Shown here: positions 1-8,961 of the stretch, in pieces
Position numbering within the stretch: the first letter of the stretch is position 1
Layout: every line of letters starts with the position of its first letter
NCBI GenBank assembly: GCA_044239605.1
Contig: JBIIBC010000005.1
Coordinates: 32,424-96,423 of the forward strand
From: Bacteroidia bacterium
GTDB taxonomy: Bacteria > Bacteroidota > Bacteroidia > UKL13-3
Direction: 5' to 3'
Length of the DNA: 64,000 nt
Notes under the pieces: generated by a model
Database searches by the model: none
The model's input: the letters and a program-made list of their open reading frames with translations, nothing else
Told to the model about the DNA's origin: nothing
Made by a program: the position numbers and the translations under genes

Positions 1-551
1 TTAACCTGCGGAACCATGCGGGTTAATAATCCTTCAATTCCTCTTTTTAGCGTTACCGTTGATGATGGACAACCACTACAAGAACCTTTCAATTCAACGG
101 TTACCAAGCCACTTTCCTCGTTAAACGATTTAAATGAAATCATTCCGCCATCGTTTTCAACCGCTGGCTTGATATAAGTATCTAAAATATCTAAAATTTG
201 AGCAACTATAATATTATCAGCACCTTCAATATTTGATTTGTCCGATTTATAGCTAATTGGCTCGCCAGCTTCTACGTAAGCTTTTAAAAATTCTTTAACA
301 ATTGGTGTAATTTCGTGCCATTCAGTTTCAGGAGCGCGAGTAATGGTTACAAAATTATTCATTACAAAAACACCATTTACAAAGCTAAATTCAAATAAAC
401 TTTTAGCTATAGGAGAGGCATTTGCTTTTTCTTTTGTAGGATAATCTTCAGCCTCATCAGGTAAAATCATTTTATTAAAAACAAACTTCATCGTTTCAGG
501 ATTAGGAGTTTGTTCAGCATATATATTCCAATATTCAGTATTTTCAGTCAT
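1..551 (-). CDS. NifU/Nfu-type Fe-S cluster scaffold protein, C-terminus cut by window edge (absent from supplied ORF track)
   Basis: Own translation of the minus strand from ATG 551-549 gives MTENTEYWNIYAEQTPNPETMKFVFNK...VELKGSCSGCPSSTVTLKRGIEGLLTRMVPQV. The frame is still open at base 1. An Nfu-N-like domain is followed by a NifU C-terminal domain with CxxC (GSCSGCPSS). Confidence 0.8.
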   Translation of the reverse strand, partial: MTENTEYWNIYAEQTPNPETMKFVFNKMILPDEAEDYPTKEKANASPIAKSLFEFSFVNGVFVMNNFVTITRAPETEWHEITPIVKEFLKAYVEAGEPISYKSDKSNIEGADNIIVAQILDILDTYIKPAVENDGGMISFKSFNEESGLVTVELKGSCSGCPSSTVTLKRGIEGLLTRMVPQV

Positions 552-814
552 CTTATTTTTATTTAGTCTAATTAAGTTTGATATGCAAACATACAATTAA
601 CATTTATATTCACTCAAAAGTTTTTATGATTTTTTTAGCCTATTCTCAGGCATTAGAAATAAAAGAAGATTTTTTCTATTAATTTTATAATAATGTGTCA
701 TTCTTTATATTAATACTTGAAATTTTTTTATGAAAAATCAAAATTAGTTTGTGGCAATTTTTAGTTATTTTAAAAATTTATCTATTTAATTATCAGTAAT
801 ATGTAATTATATAT

Positions 815-1273
815 CTATTTTTCAACTTTAAATTTTAAACTCAGTAATTCCTCATCGATTTTTTGCTGAATTTCATTCATACCGAATTGGGTTTTTAGTA
901 AAATACTATCTAATTCTGTAAAGTGCCTTAATTCATCCATAAATAGCTTATGGTAACCAATAACAGAGGCTGTATTCTCCTTTAAGAGCTCAAACTTATT
1001 AGCTAAATTTTTGATATTATTGATTTCATTATCAATATTTAACGAAGGTTTTTCGGTCTTTATCATTTCACCTTTTCCTATCATTAGCCAAGTGGCATCA
1101 ATGGTAGGGTAGGTGTGCAGAATTTTTTGCAAAATATCTACTCCAGGCTTATTTCTGCCAGATGAAATATGGGTAATTACAGGTAAACCAACACCCAATT
1201 CAGTTGCAAATATTGATTTAGAGCCACAAAAACGTTCCATCACATCACATACACGTTTGTTAAGTTCATCCAT
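815..1273 (-). CDS. small helix-turn-helix (Cro/C1-XRE-like) DNA-binding protein with C-terminal coiled coil
   Basis: 152 aa. The N-terminal HTH-like segment is SKSIFATELGVGLPVITHISSGRNKPGVDILQKIL and the C-terminal half is heptad-rich. An operator-like repeat array lies directly upstream. Confidence 0.6.
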   Translation of the reverse strand: MDELNKRVCDVMERFCGSKSIFATELGVGLPVITHISSGRNKPGVDILQKILHTYPTIDATWLMIGKGEMIKTEKPSLNIDNEINNIKNLANKFELLKENTASVIGYHKLFMDELRHFTELDSILLKTQFGMNEIQQKIDEELLSLKFKVEK

Positions 1274-1294
1274 ATTGACAATCAGCTATATAAT

Positions 1295-1324
1295 ACATTT
1301 GTAAAGACGCAAATTTACAAATGT
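1295..1324. promoter_or_regulatory. perfect 11-bp inverted repeat ACATTTGTAAA-N8-TTTACAAATGT, candidate operator
   Basis: Read directly from the sequence. It lies 22-51 bp upstream of the ATG (1273) of the HTH gene on the minus strand. Confidence 0.55.
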
Positions 1325-1332
1325 TTTCGTAG

Positions 1333-1368
1333 AATACAAATGTAAATGATATGGTTTACATTTGTATT
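1333..1368. promoter_or_regulatory. perfect 14-bp inverted repeat AATACAAATGTAAA-N8-TTTACATTTGTATT, candidate operator
   Basis: Read directly from the sequence. It has the same TACAWWTGTAAA core as the 1295-1324 repeat, and the two centres are about 41 bp apart. Confidence 0.55.
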
Positions 1369-1554
1369 TACACATTGATATCTTTAGGGTGTTTTTTAGT
1401 AAAGATTTATTACTATAACATACTGTTTTATTGCATATTGTATTAATAAAATTGAGCTTGTTTTTGGTAGTTTTTTTAAGGCTATACAATTGTAAATACT
1501 AGAAATATTAATATTTTTAAATGTAGGTTATAATAAATATTTGTATTGATAGGC

Positions 1555-1581
1555 ATAAAAAAAGCCGCATAAAGCGGCTTT
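1555..1581 (-). terminator. Rho-independent terminator downstream of the sugar kinase gene
   Basis: The stem AGCCGC/GCGGCT has a 5-nt loop. On the minus strand it is followed by a T-run (A-run 1557-1563 on plus). Confidence 0.75.
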
Positions 1582-1601
1582 AAAATAAATATAATTTTTA
1601 G

Positions 1602-2477
1602 TTATGTATTTAAATGGAATTGAATCAAATCGTCCATTGGAGACTTAATTACTTTTCCAATTTTCATATCATAACTTAAAGCTACTTCTTCTAAAATTTC
1701 TTTAAATACAAATCCTACGGAACCTACACAATTAAATGTGTATTCTTTATAATTTGGGTATTTCGATACTAAGTTTTTAAAGAAATCTCTAAATCCATCA
1801 CGTACTTTATTCTTTATATATGGGTGGGATACATATTCGTCTGCAAATTTGCAAAAACTAGCTAAATATCTATTGGGAAATTGAGTTTGGTATAAAGTAG
1901 TGAAAATTTGTTCATTATCTTCAATTTGAAAGCGCTCTTTAAATCTAGCTTGTAATTCAGGCTGGAGATTACCTCTCATAAAGTCGCGTAATATTTTTTT
2001 ACCAATATAACTTCCGCTTCCTTCGTCACCCATTAAATAACCCAAAGAATCAATATTATGGAAAACATCAAATCCGTCATATAAACATGAATTGGTGCCG
2101 GTGCCTAAAATAGCTGCAAAACCTTTTCCTTTACCTAAAAGTGCACGAGCAGAAGCTAGTAAATCATGGCCTACAAAAATATCTGGTACATAAGGAAAGC
2201 TTCTTGTTAATGCTTTTCTAACAATATCTTTTTTTTCAGTTGTAGAGCAACCTGCTCCATAAAAATAAACTTCTGAAATAGACGTTCCATCTAAATCCTT
2301 TAATAAATTTTCACTAAGTGAGTAATAAATTGCTTCACTGTCAATAAAATAAGGGTTATACCCAATTGTATGGAAAGTCTTGCGACCAGTACCATCTTTA
2401 TTAATTATTACCCAATCGGTTTTTGTAGAACCACTATCTGCAATTAATATCATATTATTTAAATTTATTTTCGGCAA
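1602..2477 (-). CDS. N-acetylglucosamine kinase-like ATPase (BadF/BadG/BcrA/BcrD family)
   Basis: Motifs ADSGSTKTDW, GTGTNS and GDEGSG of the ASKHA-fold sugar kinases are present. The true start is possibly the internal ATG at 2453 (MILIADSG). Confidence 0.8.
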   Translation of the reverse strand: MPKINLNNMILIADSGSTKTDWVIINKDGTGRKTFHTIGYNPYFIDSEAIYYSLSENLLKDLDGTSISEVYFYGAGCSTTEKKDIVRKALTRSFPYVPDIFVGHDLLASARALLGKGKGFAAILGTGTNSCLYDGFDVFHNIDSLGYLMGDEGSGSYIGKKILRDFMRGNLQPELQARFKERFQIEDNEQIFTTLYQTQFPNRYLASFCKFADEYVSHPYIKNKVRDGFRDFFKNLVSKYPNYKEYTFNCVGSVGFVFKEILEEVALSYDMKIGKVIKSPMDDLIQFHLNT

Positions 2478-2623
2478 AATAATATTTTCTTACAAACCAT
2501 CATAAAATTTATTTTAAAAATTAATCAGTTAAAAAATTAATTGATGACTAAGCATTTAATGCTAATTGAAGCAAAATTATTTTTTAGCAGTATTTTTATT
2601 GTTTAGAAGGTAAAAGTAAATGA

Positions 2624-2642
2624 TACTATGTATTGCATAGTA
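2624..2642. promoter_or_regulatory. palindrome TACTATG-tattg-CATAGTA, candidate PadR operator
   Basis: A 7-bp perfect inverted repeat lies about 40 bp upstream of the probable PadR start at 2681. Confidence 0.4.
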
Positions 2643-2680
2643 CTAAAATATTATTATGTTTGTCCAGTAATTTTTTTCAA

Positions 2681-3007
2681 ATGGATATAGAAAATAGTAA
2701 AGCACAAATGAAAAAAGGAATACTCGAACTTTGTATTCTTACCATTATAAGTAGGGGCGAAGCATACGCTAGTGATATTATTGTGGAACTAAAAAAAGCA
2801 AATTTAATTGTGGTTGAAGGTACATTATACCCTTTACTAACTAGGTTAAAAAATGAAGATTTATTAAATTATAATTGGTTTGAAAGTAATAGTGGACCAC
2901 CCAGGAAATACTATCAATTAACTAAAAATGGACAACAGTTTTTAAAGGAAATCAATCAATCATGGATGGATTTGGTAAACTCAGTAAATACAATCACAAA
3001 AAATTAA
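2681..3007 (+). CDS. PadR family transcriptional regulator
   Basis: GILELCILTIISRGEAYASDIIVELKK...EGTLYPLLTRLKNEDLL...PPRKYYQLTKNGQQFL is a winged-helix PadR signature. I chose the start at MDIENSK within track ORF 2633-3007. Confidence 0.85.
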   Translation: MDIENSKAQMKKGILELCILTIISRGEAYASDIIVELKKANLIVVEGTLYPLLTRLKNEDLLNYNWFESNSGPPRKYYQLTKNGQQFLKEINQSWMDLVNSVNTITKN

Positions 3008-3017
3008 AAGAACAATT

Positions 3018-4790
3018 ATGATAACATCTATCAAAATAAATTTAAACAAAACAACCTTCACATTAAATAATGATGCTTACCATCAATTGAATAATTATGT
3101 TTCTGCATTAAAAAACAGTTTTAAATCAGAACCCAATATTTTGTTCGATGTGGAAGCTAGAATAGCTGAATTATTAACTTTACAATTGGCAGCTACACAA
3201 GCTGAAATGGTTGAAGCAAATCATGTCAATGAAGTAATAAAAACACTTGGAACTGTTGAAGAATTAACCAACAGCCATAAATCTGAAAAAAGTTATTCAA
3301 ATCATGAACCTAATCAATCAGATTTTACTAATATAAATTCATCAAAACCTAAATTAAGAAGAAATCCATTTAACCAAAGTTTGGGTGGTGTATGTAGTGG
3401 AATTGCCAATTATTTAAGCGTGGATACTAGTTTTATTAGAATTGCATTTGTGGTCGCTTTCTTCTTTTTTGGAACAGGTGTATTGGCTTATATTGTGTTA
3501 TGGGTTGTAATACCTAAAGCAATTGGAGAAGATGCTGATAAGATTATTAAAAATGAAAATAATAACGTTCACAAACTTTATAGAAACAAGGAAACTAAAG
3601 CAATAGGAGGGGTTTGTAGTGGATTGGCATTGCATTTTGGAATTGAAATTTGGGTGGTAAGATTGGCCTTTTTTGCGGGATTGTTTTTATGGGGAACTTC
3701 TTTTTTAATTTATATCATTGCTTGGATTACCATTCCTGAAGCCAATAATAAATTTCAAAAAACTAAGTTAAATAATAATCAAAATTATGTTGAACAAAAT
3801 GACACACAATTAAATGGTATCAGAAATATTTTCAATTTTATTATATCGGGATTTGCACTCATTTTATTGGGGTTAATAATCGTTTCAATATTTTTCACAA
3901 CTATTACATATAAAATATTTTCAGAATCAGAATATTTTGATGTATTACATTTAAATATTTTGCTTGATGAAAATATTAACTGTGTATTAACTGGTATTTT
4001 GCTTTGTCTTTTTACACCTATTTTATTTTTATTGGCTGTAATTTCAAAGTTTGTTTTTAAATCAGCAATTAGTTTTAGGTATGCAGGAATGGGTTTGGTT
4101 ATATTGTTTTTTATTGGTGTTGGTTTGTTGGTTTATAGTGGAATAAATTTAATCCCAAAATATTTTAATCAAATAGAAAGTAGTGAAATAGATAATCAAA
4201 TATTGGCACAAAATGATTCCATCTATTTTATTATTAATGAAGTAAAAACCAATAAACAAATTAACTTTTTTGAACATAATGATTTTAAAATTCAAAAATG
4301 CGATAGCGGTCAATTTGTACCTATTGAATTTGAAATTATGGAAACTTTGGAAGACTCTTCTAATTTCAGTGTTTCAAAGCAGTACAGAAGTGCCAAGGAT
4401 ATGATTGAAGACAACCAAAGTATTATTAAACTTGAATATCAAATAATTCATGATTCTATTATTTTTCCAAGTCATTATTTTCTTTCTAAAAATCACCCTT
4501 TTTTGTTTCAATCGGTTAAAGTTAAATTTTATGTAAAAGCAAAAAATCATTTTTACGCTAATAAAACCGCTCAGCAGGCATTTGGATTTATAGCAAAAAG
4601 AGAAAAACCGACCCAATTTTGGTTTGAAATAAATAACATAAACAGCTATAAAAACGAGGATAGTAACCAAAGTGAATTTGAGAGAAAACAAGAAAAAATA
4701 GAACGTAAAATTGAAGAGAAACAGGCAGAAATTGAACGCAAATTGGAAGAAAAAGGAGCTGAACTAGAAAGAAAAGCTAATAATTTATAA
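3018..4790 (+). CDS. PspC domain-containing membrane protein (two PspC domains, C-terminal coiled coil)
   Basis: Two PspC-type segments are present (GGVCSGIANYLSVDTSFIRIAFVV...WVVIPKA and GGVCSGLALHFGIEIWVVRLAFF...WITIPEA). It sits 10 nt after padR, the usual PadR-PspC operon layout. Confidence 0.8.
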   Translation: MITSIKINLNKTTFTLNNDAYHQLNNYVSALKNSFKSEPNILFDVEARIAELLTLQLAATQAEMVEANHVNEVIKTLGTVEELTNSHKSEKSYSNHEPNQSDFTNINSSKPKLRRNPFNQSLGGVCSGIANYLSVDTSFIRIAFVVAFFFFGTGVLAYIVLWVVIPKAIGEDADKIIKNENNNVHKLYRNKETKAIGGVCSGLALHFGIEIWVVRLAFFAGLFLWGTSFLIYIIAWITIPEANNKFQKTKLNNNQNYVEQNDTQLNGIRNIFNFIISGFALILLGLIIVSIFFTTITYKIFSESEYFDVLHLNILLDENINCVLTGILLCLFTPILFLLAVISKFVFKSAISFRYAGMGLVILFFIGVGLLVYSGINLIPKYFNQIESSEIDNQILAQNDSIYFIINEVKTNKQINFFEHNDFKIQKCDSGQFVPIEFEIMETLEDSSNFSVSKQYRSAKDMIEDNQSIIKLEYQIIHDSIIFPSHYFLSKNHPFLFQSVKVKFYVKAKNHFYANKTAQQAFGFIAKREKPTQFWFEINNINSYKNEDSNQSEFERKQEKIERKIEEKQAEIERKLEEKGAELERKANNL

Positions 4791-4803
4791 GATAAAAATA
4801 CAT

Positions 4804-4835
4804 AATCCGAAATTTAGAATTTCGGATTTTTTTTA
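4804..4835 (+). terminator. Rho-independent terminator between convergent genes
   Basis: The stem AATCCGAAA/TTTCGGATT has a 7-nt loop and is followed by TTTTTT. Confidence 0.8.
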
Positions 4836-4849
4836 TTAGAATTTCGTTA

Positions 4850-5500
4850 TTATTCTTTCCATAAAAAAGGAAATAATACATAAGCCAACGCAGCCACTAA
4901 TACATTCATGGCTGCTAAAAGGAATAAATCGGTATAAATTAGGCTTACATCTATGCCATCCATTGCTTTTTTACTTGATTTGATAAGTAAAAGCAAAAAT
5001 GGGATAATAATAGGGAAACTTAAAATAGGCATGAGCAGGTTACCATTCCCGCTTTTTTGTGCAATGGCCGAAATCATAGTAAAGGTAAAAGCAAAACCAA
5101 TGGATGCTAAAACCAATATCAAACAATAAAACCCTAAACTGTGAATTGGGTTGCCCAAAACAGTGCTGTAAAACAACAGGGCAATAAAACTTAGTACCAA
5201 ATTTAAAATGGCACTGTAAATTGATTTTGCTAAAATTAGATGTTCTGGCAAGATTAAACCATGAAAGTAAAGCATTTTACCTTTTGATTCGGCTATAAAA
5301 CTTTTGGCAATGGCATTGATAGAACTAAATAAAATCAATACCCAAAAAATGGCGTTCCATGTAGGTAAATTAAGCATTTTAACCGACAGCGACACTGTAA
5401 AAATAGACGAAAAAACATACAATAAAATTCCATTTAAAGCATAGCGCTCGCGCCATTCAATAAGCAAAAGGTTTTTTATCAATTGTTTTATTTCTTTCAT
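4850..5500 (-). CDS. CcmB-like ABC-type (heme) exporter permease
   Basis: 216 aa with six predicted TM segments. The N-terminus LIEWRERYALNGILLYVFSSIF resembles Bacteroidota proteins annotated CcmB. Confidence 0.55.
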   Translation of the reverse strand: MKEIKQLIKNLLLIEWRERYALNGILLYVFSSIFTVSLSVKMLNLPTWNAIFWVLILFSSINAIAKSFIAESKGKMLYFHGLILPEHLILAKSIYSAILNLVLSFIALLFYSTVLGNPIHSLGFYCLILVLASIGFAFTFTMISAIAQKSGNGNLLMPILSFPIIIPFLLLLIKSSKKAMDGIDVSLIYTDLFLLAAMNVLVAALAYVLFPFLWKE

Positions 5501-5521
5501 TTTTTTTGTTAATTATTGCTA

Positions 5522-5610
5522 GTCATTCCGTAGGAATCTTCCTTGATTTTATTTATGGCAAGCTAATGGAAAGTACCCATTTAAAGCTAAGAAGATACTT
5601 ACAGTATGAC
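5522..5610. repeat. imperfect palindromic element (arms GTCATTCCGTAGGAATCTTCCT / AAGAAGATACTTACAGTATGAC)
   Basis: The arms match 17/22 as an inverted repeat. The left arm recurs at 52467-52489 with compensatory changes. Confidence 0.5.
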
Positions 5611-5671
5611 GGCCATGACAAGTCGCCTTAAAACTTATCCAAGGTTGGTGTCCTCACAAACCTTTTTATTA

Positions 5672-6808
5672 TTACTCCAAGCCTAATAATTGTTTGAAAT
5701 TATAATGAATTTGGGTGTTTTCATAAATTCCACCAAACAATTCAGCTCCAGGGCCAAAGGCAAAAACAGGTACCATTATTCCTGAATGACCACCAGTTGA
5801 GTAATTTGGCTTAAATTGTTTTTTATTGTCTTTGTTTGGGTGTAAGGAAAGTCCACCAGTTTCGTGGTCTGCTGTAACTACTACTAATATATCACCTTGT
5901 TTTTCAGCGTAATCTAAAACTGCATTCATGGTTTGGTTTAAATCGTACAATTCTGTTTTCATGTACTCGTAATTATTATCGTGTCCGCCCCAATCTACCT
6001 GACTTCCTTCAATCATTAGCAAATAACCATTTTTGTTGTTATTTAACTGACTGATAGCATGCATAGAAGCAAGTTTTAAATAATCATTTCTGCCATCTAA
6101 TTTACGTTTCATGCCATCGTAAGCTAAAGTGTAAACTTGTTTGTTGCCATTAAACGGCTCAAAATTATTGGTGGTATCTGTTTTTACAATAAAGCCATTC
6201 AATTTCAATAACTCCGTTAAATTCTTTTTATCTTTTCTATCGGTAATAAACTTAGTTCCACCACCAATAGCTATATCGCAATTGCCTTTTAATAAAAATT
6301 CTGCAATATCATCTTCGCTTTTGCGCGATGAAACATGTGCATAAAAACAAGCAGGGGTGGCGTGCGTAATAGATGAAGTAACAACTACACCAGTTGCCAT
6401 GTTTTTCTTTTTCATCATTTCAAATAAACTTGGATATGGCAATGAATCGGTTCCCACACTAATTCCGTAATTGAAAGTTTTTTTACCAATTGCAAAAACA
6501 GTTGCGCCAGCACCGCTATCGGTAACATAATTATCGGCCGATGAAGTTTTACTTAATCCAATTACCTTAAAACGTTCAAAAGCATTGCGGTCAGTGCTTT
6601 CGCTCATGGCTCCGCTAATTTGAGCAAGCCCCATTCCATCGCCAATTATAAAAATTACTTTTTTAACTTTTGGCTTTTTAGCTTTTTGGGTAAACGAATA
6701 AGATCCGCCAATAGCAAGCAACACCAATAGTATTACTCCAAAACTGAATACATTTTTTTTCAATTGTTTAAAAAATTTATTGGGTTCAAATATAATAGCC
6801 TTATTCAA
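5672..6808 (-). CDS. alkaline phosphatase (PhoA family)
   Basis: Motifs IGDGMG, TDSGAGAT, DWGGHDN, ADHETGG and GGHSG are present, with an N-terminal membrane anchor or signal. Confidence 0.9.
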   Translation of the reverse strand: MNKAIIFEPNKFFKQLKKNVFSFGVILLVLLAIGGSYSFTQKAKKPKVKKVIFIIGDGMGLAQISGAMSESTDRNAFERFKVIGLSKTSSADNYVTDSGAGATVFAIGKKTFNYGISVGTDSLPYPSLFEMMKKKNMATGVVVTSSITHATPACFYAHVSSRKSEDDIAEFLLKGNCDIAIGGGTKFITDRKDKKNLTELLKLNGFIVKTDTTNNFEPFNGNKQVYTLAYDGMKRKLDGRNDYLKLASMHAISQLNNNKNGYLLMIEGSQVDWGGHDNNYEYMKTELYDLNQTMNAVLDYAEKQGDILVVVTADHETGGLSLHPNKDNKKQFKPNYSTGGHSGIMVPVFAFGPGAELFGGIYENTQIHYNFKQLLGLE

Positions 6809-6843
6809 TTCCTTATTCTTGCAGCGTAAATTAATTATTAATT

Positions 6844-7332
6844 ATGGCAATTAGACTTTTTGTAACAGGCGGAACTTTTGATAAAGAATACAATGAATTA
6901 ACAGGACAGTTGTTCTTTAAAGATTCACATATCAATGAAATTCTGAAACTTGGCCGCAGCCGATTAGATTTAAGCGTTCGCACATTGATGTTAATTGATA
7001 GTTTAGAAATGACAGATACGGATAGAAATATCATTTTGGAAAGTTGCCAGCGATGCGATGAAAATAAAATAGTAATTACCCACGGAACCGATACCATGAC
7101 CGAAACGGCTAAATATTTAGCTGATAAAATTCCGGACAAAACTGTGGTAATTACAGGCGCTATGATTCCGTATAAATTTGGCTCAAGTGATGGATTATTT
7201 AACCTTGGAAGCGCATTGGCTTTTGTACAAAGCTTACCTGCTGGTATTTATATAGCCATGAATGGCCGCTATTACGACTGGAATAACTGCAAAAAGAACA
7301 AACAAACTGGCTTTTTTGAGGAATTGGGTTAG
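6844..7332 (+). CDS. short asparaginase-domain protein (N-terminal asparaginase/glutaminase domain only)
   Basis: VTGGTFDK and ITHGTDTM motifs are present. The protein is only 162 aa. Confidence 0.7.
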   Translation: MAIRLFVTGGTFDKEYNELTGQLFFKDSHINEILKLGRSRLDLSVRTLMLIDSLEMTDTDRNIILESCQRCDENKIVITHGTDTMTETAKYLADKIPDKTVVITGAMIPYKFGSSDGLFNLGSALAFVQSLPAGIYIAMNGRYYDWNNCKKNKQTGFFEELG

Positions 7333-7582
7333 GGTTTGGTTGATTGGTTAATAAGGTAATTAAGTGATTGGTTGGATGAAATTTTATTCTAAAATGTAAT
7401 TCTTAAAGTCAACTAATTTTAAATTATTGTTTGTAAACCGCCCTGCTAGGGAACAAAGCATATTTGAACGGTATTGGATATTTTACATTGCAATAACTAG
7501 CAGCCAAAAGCTAATTCACAAATCATAAATCAAAAATCAAATATTAGTTTTATTTTGCAACACAAGTATTTTATCAGTATTA

Positions 7583-8842
7583 ATGAAAGTTTTTAAATTT
7601 GGGGGTGCATCGGTAAAAGATGCAGATGCGGTCAGAAATGTCGCAAAAGTGTTAGGCAGTTTTGCCAACGAAAATGTATTAATTGTTATTTCAGCAATGG
7701 GAAAAACTACTAATTTATTAGAAAAATTAGTGGATGCCTATTTTAATAGAACCGATGCTAAGTACTCAACTTTGGAGGAAATAAAGCAATTTCATTATAA
7801 TATTATTGATAAATTATTACCACAAACAAAAAGCCATGCTTTTGACGATATAGAGAACATTTTTATTGAATTAGAATGTTTGCTAGAGGCGGAGCCTGAT
7901 AATAATTACGATTACCATTACGACCAAATAGTAAGTTATGGCGAAATTTTATCGACCAAAATAGTAAGTACTTACCTAAACGAAGCTGGTTTAAAAAACC
8001 GTTGGATGGATGCTCAAAATTTTATCAGCACTGATAATACTTACCGCGAAGGAAAAGTAAATTGGAGTTTAACCAACGAAAAAATAGCCAAAACCTTAAA
8101 ACCAATCGTTCAAAAAAAGATGGTTATTACCCAAGGTTTTATTGGTCGCAGTTCGGTCAATACCACGGTAACATTGGGCAGAGAAGGTTCTGATTATAGT
8201 GCAGCCATTTTTGCTTTTTGTTTAGATGCCGAAAGTGTAACCATTTGGAAAGACGTAGCCGGAGTTATGAATGCCGATCCAAAGCGTTTTGCTGAAGCAG
8301 TAAAAATTTCGGGTTTGAGTTATAATAAAGCCATTGAAATGGCCTTTTATGGCGCTACGGTAATTCACCCAAAAACTATTCAACCACTTTTAAACAAAGA
8401 AATTCCTTTATATGTAAAATCGTTTATCAATCCAAGCGATGAAGGAACAACAGTAGGGGTTCCTCGAGAAAAAGAAGACTTGGTTCCAACTTATATTTTC
8501 AAGCAAAATCAAATGCTGATTTCTATAGCTAGTAAAGATTTTAGCTTTATAGTAGAAGAAAATCTGAGCAGTATTTTTTCATTATTTGCTAGTTATCGAG
8601 TAAAGATAAATGTAATGCAAAATTCGGCTATTAGCTTTACCGTTTGTGTTGACTATAATGAGCACAAATGCAATGATTTAATTAACGAATTAGAGCAGAA
8701 TTACAGGGTAAAATCGAACAGTAATTTAGAGCTTTTAACTATTAGCAATTACGAATCGGCTGAGACCAATAAATTTACCGAAGGCAAAAAAATATTGTTG
8801 GAACAACGTAATAGGCGCTCATTGCAATTAGTATTGGCATAA
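7583..8842 (+). CDS. lysC: aspartate kinase
   Basis: KFGGASV, an amino-acid kinase fold and C-terminal ACT-like repeats are present. Confidence 0.9.
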   Translation: MKVFKFGGASVKDADAVRNVAKVLGSFANENVLIVISAMGKTTNLLEKLVDAYFNRTDAKYSTLEEIKQFHYNIIDKLLPQTKSHAFDDIENIFIELECLLEAEPDNNYDYHYDQIVSYGEILSTKIVSTYLNEAGLKNRWMDAQNFISTDNTYREGKVNWSLTNEKIAKTLKPIVQKKMVITQGFIGRSSVNTTVTLGREGSDYSAAIFAFCLDAESVTIWKDVAGVMNADPKRFAEAVKISGLSYNKAIEMAFYGATVIHPKTIQPLLNKEIPLYVKSFINPSDEGTTVGVPREKEDLVPTYIFKQNQMLISIASKDFSFIVEENLSSIFSLFASYRVKINVMQNSAISFTVCVDYNEHKCNDLINELEQNYRVKSNSNLELLTISNYESAETNKFTEGKKILLEQRNRRSLQLVLA

Positions 8843-8961
8843 AAAATAAGCAAAAGCAACCATATTAAATTTTAGGCTGACTTTTGCTTATATACAATTT
8901 ACTGTTACTTTTGGCAGGCAATTTGTAAACCTTATTTAATAACACATAACATAGATATACC

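Noticed and set aside
1286-1489. 67-aa minus-strand ORF in the HTH promoter region
   Set aside because: It lies across the operator-like repeat array and the translation is low-complexity K/N/Y/C-rich. The repeats explain the region better than coding does.
7333-7582. Possible lysine riboswitch or leader upstream of lysC
   Set aside because: I read the 250-bp leader on the plus strand. I saw none of the conserved L-box core strings or helices, only cryptic GGTTGATTGG-type simple sequence. A covariance-model scan would settle it.
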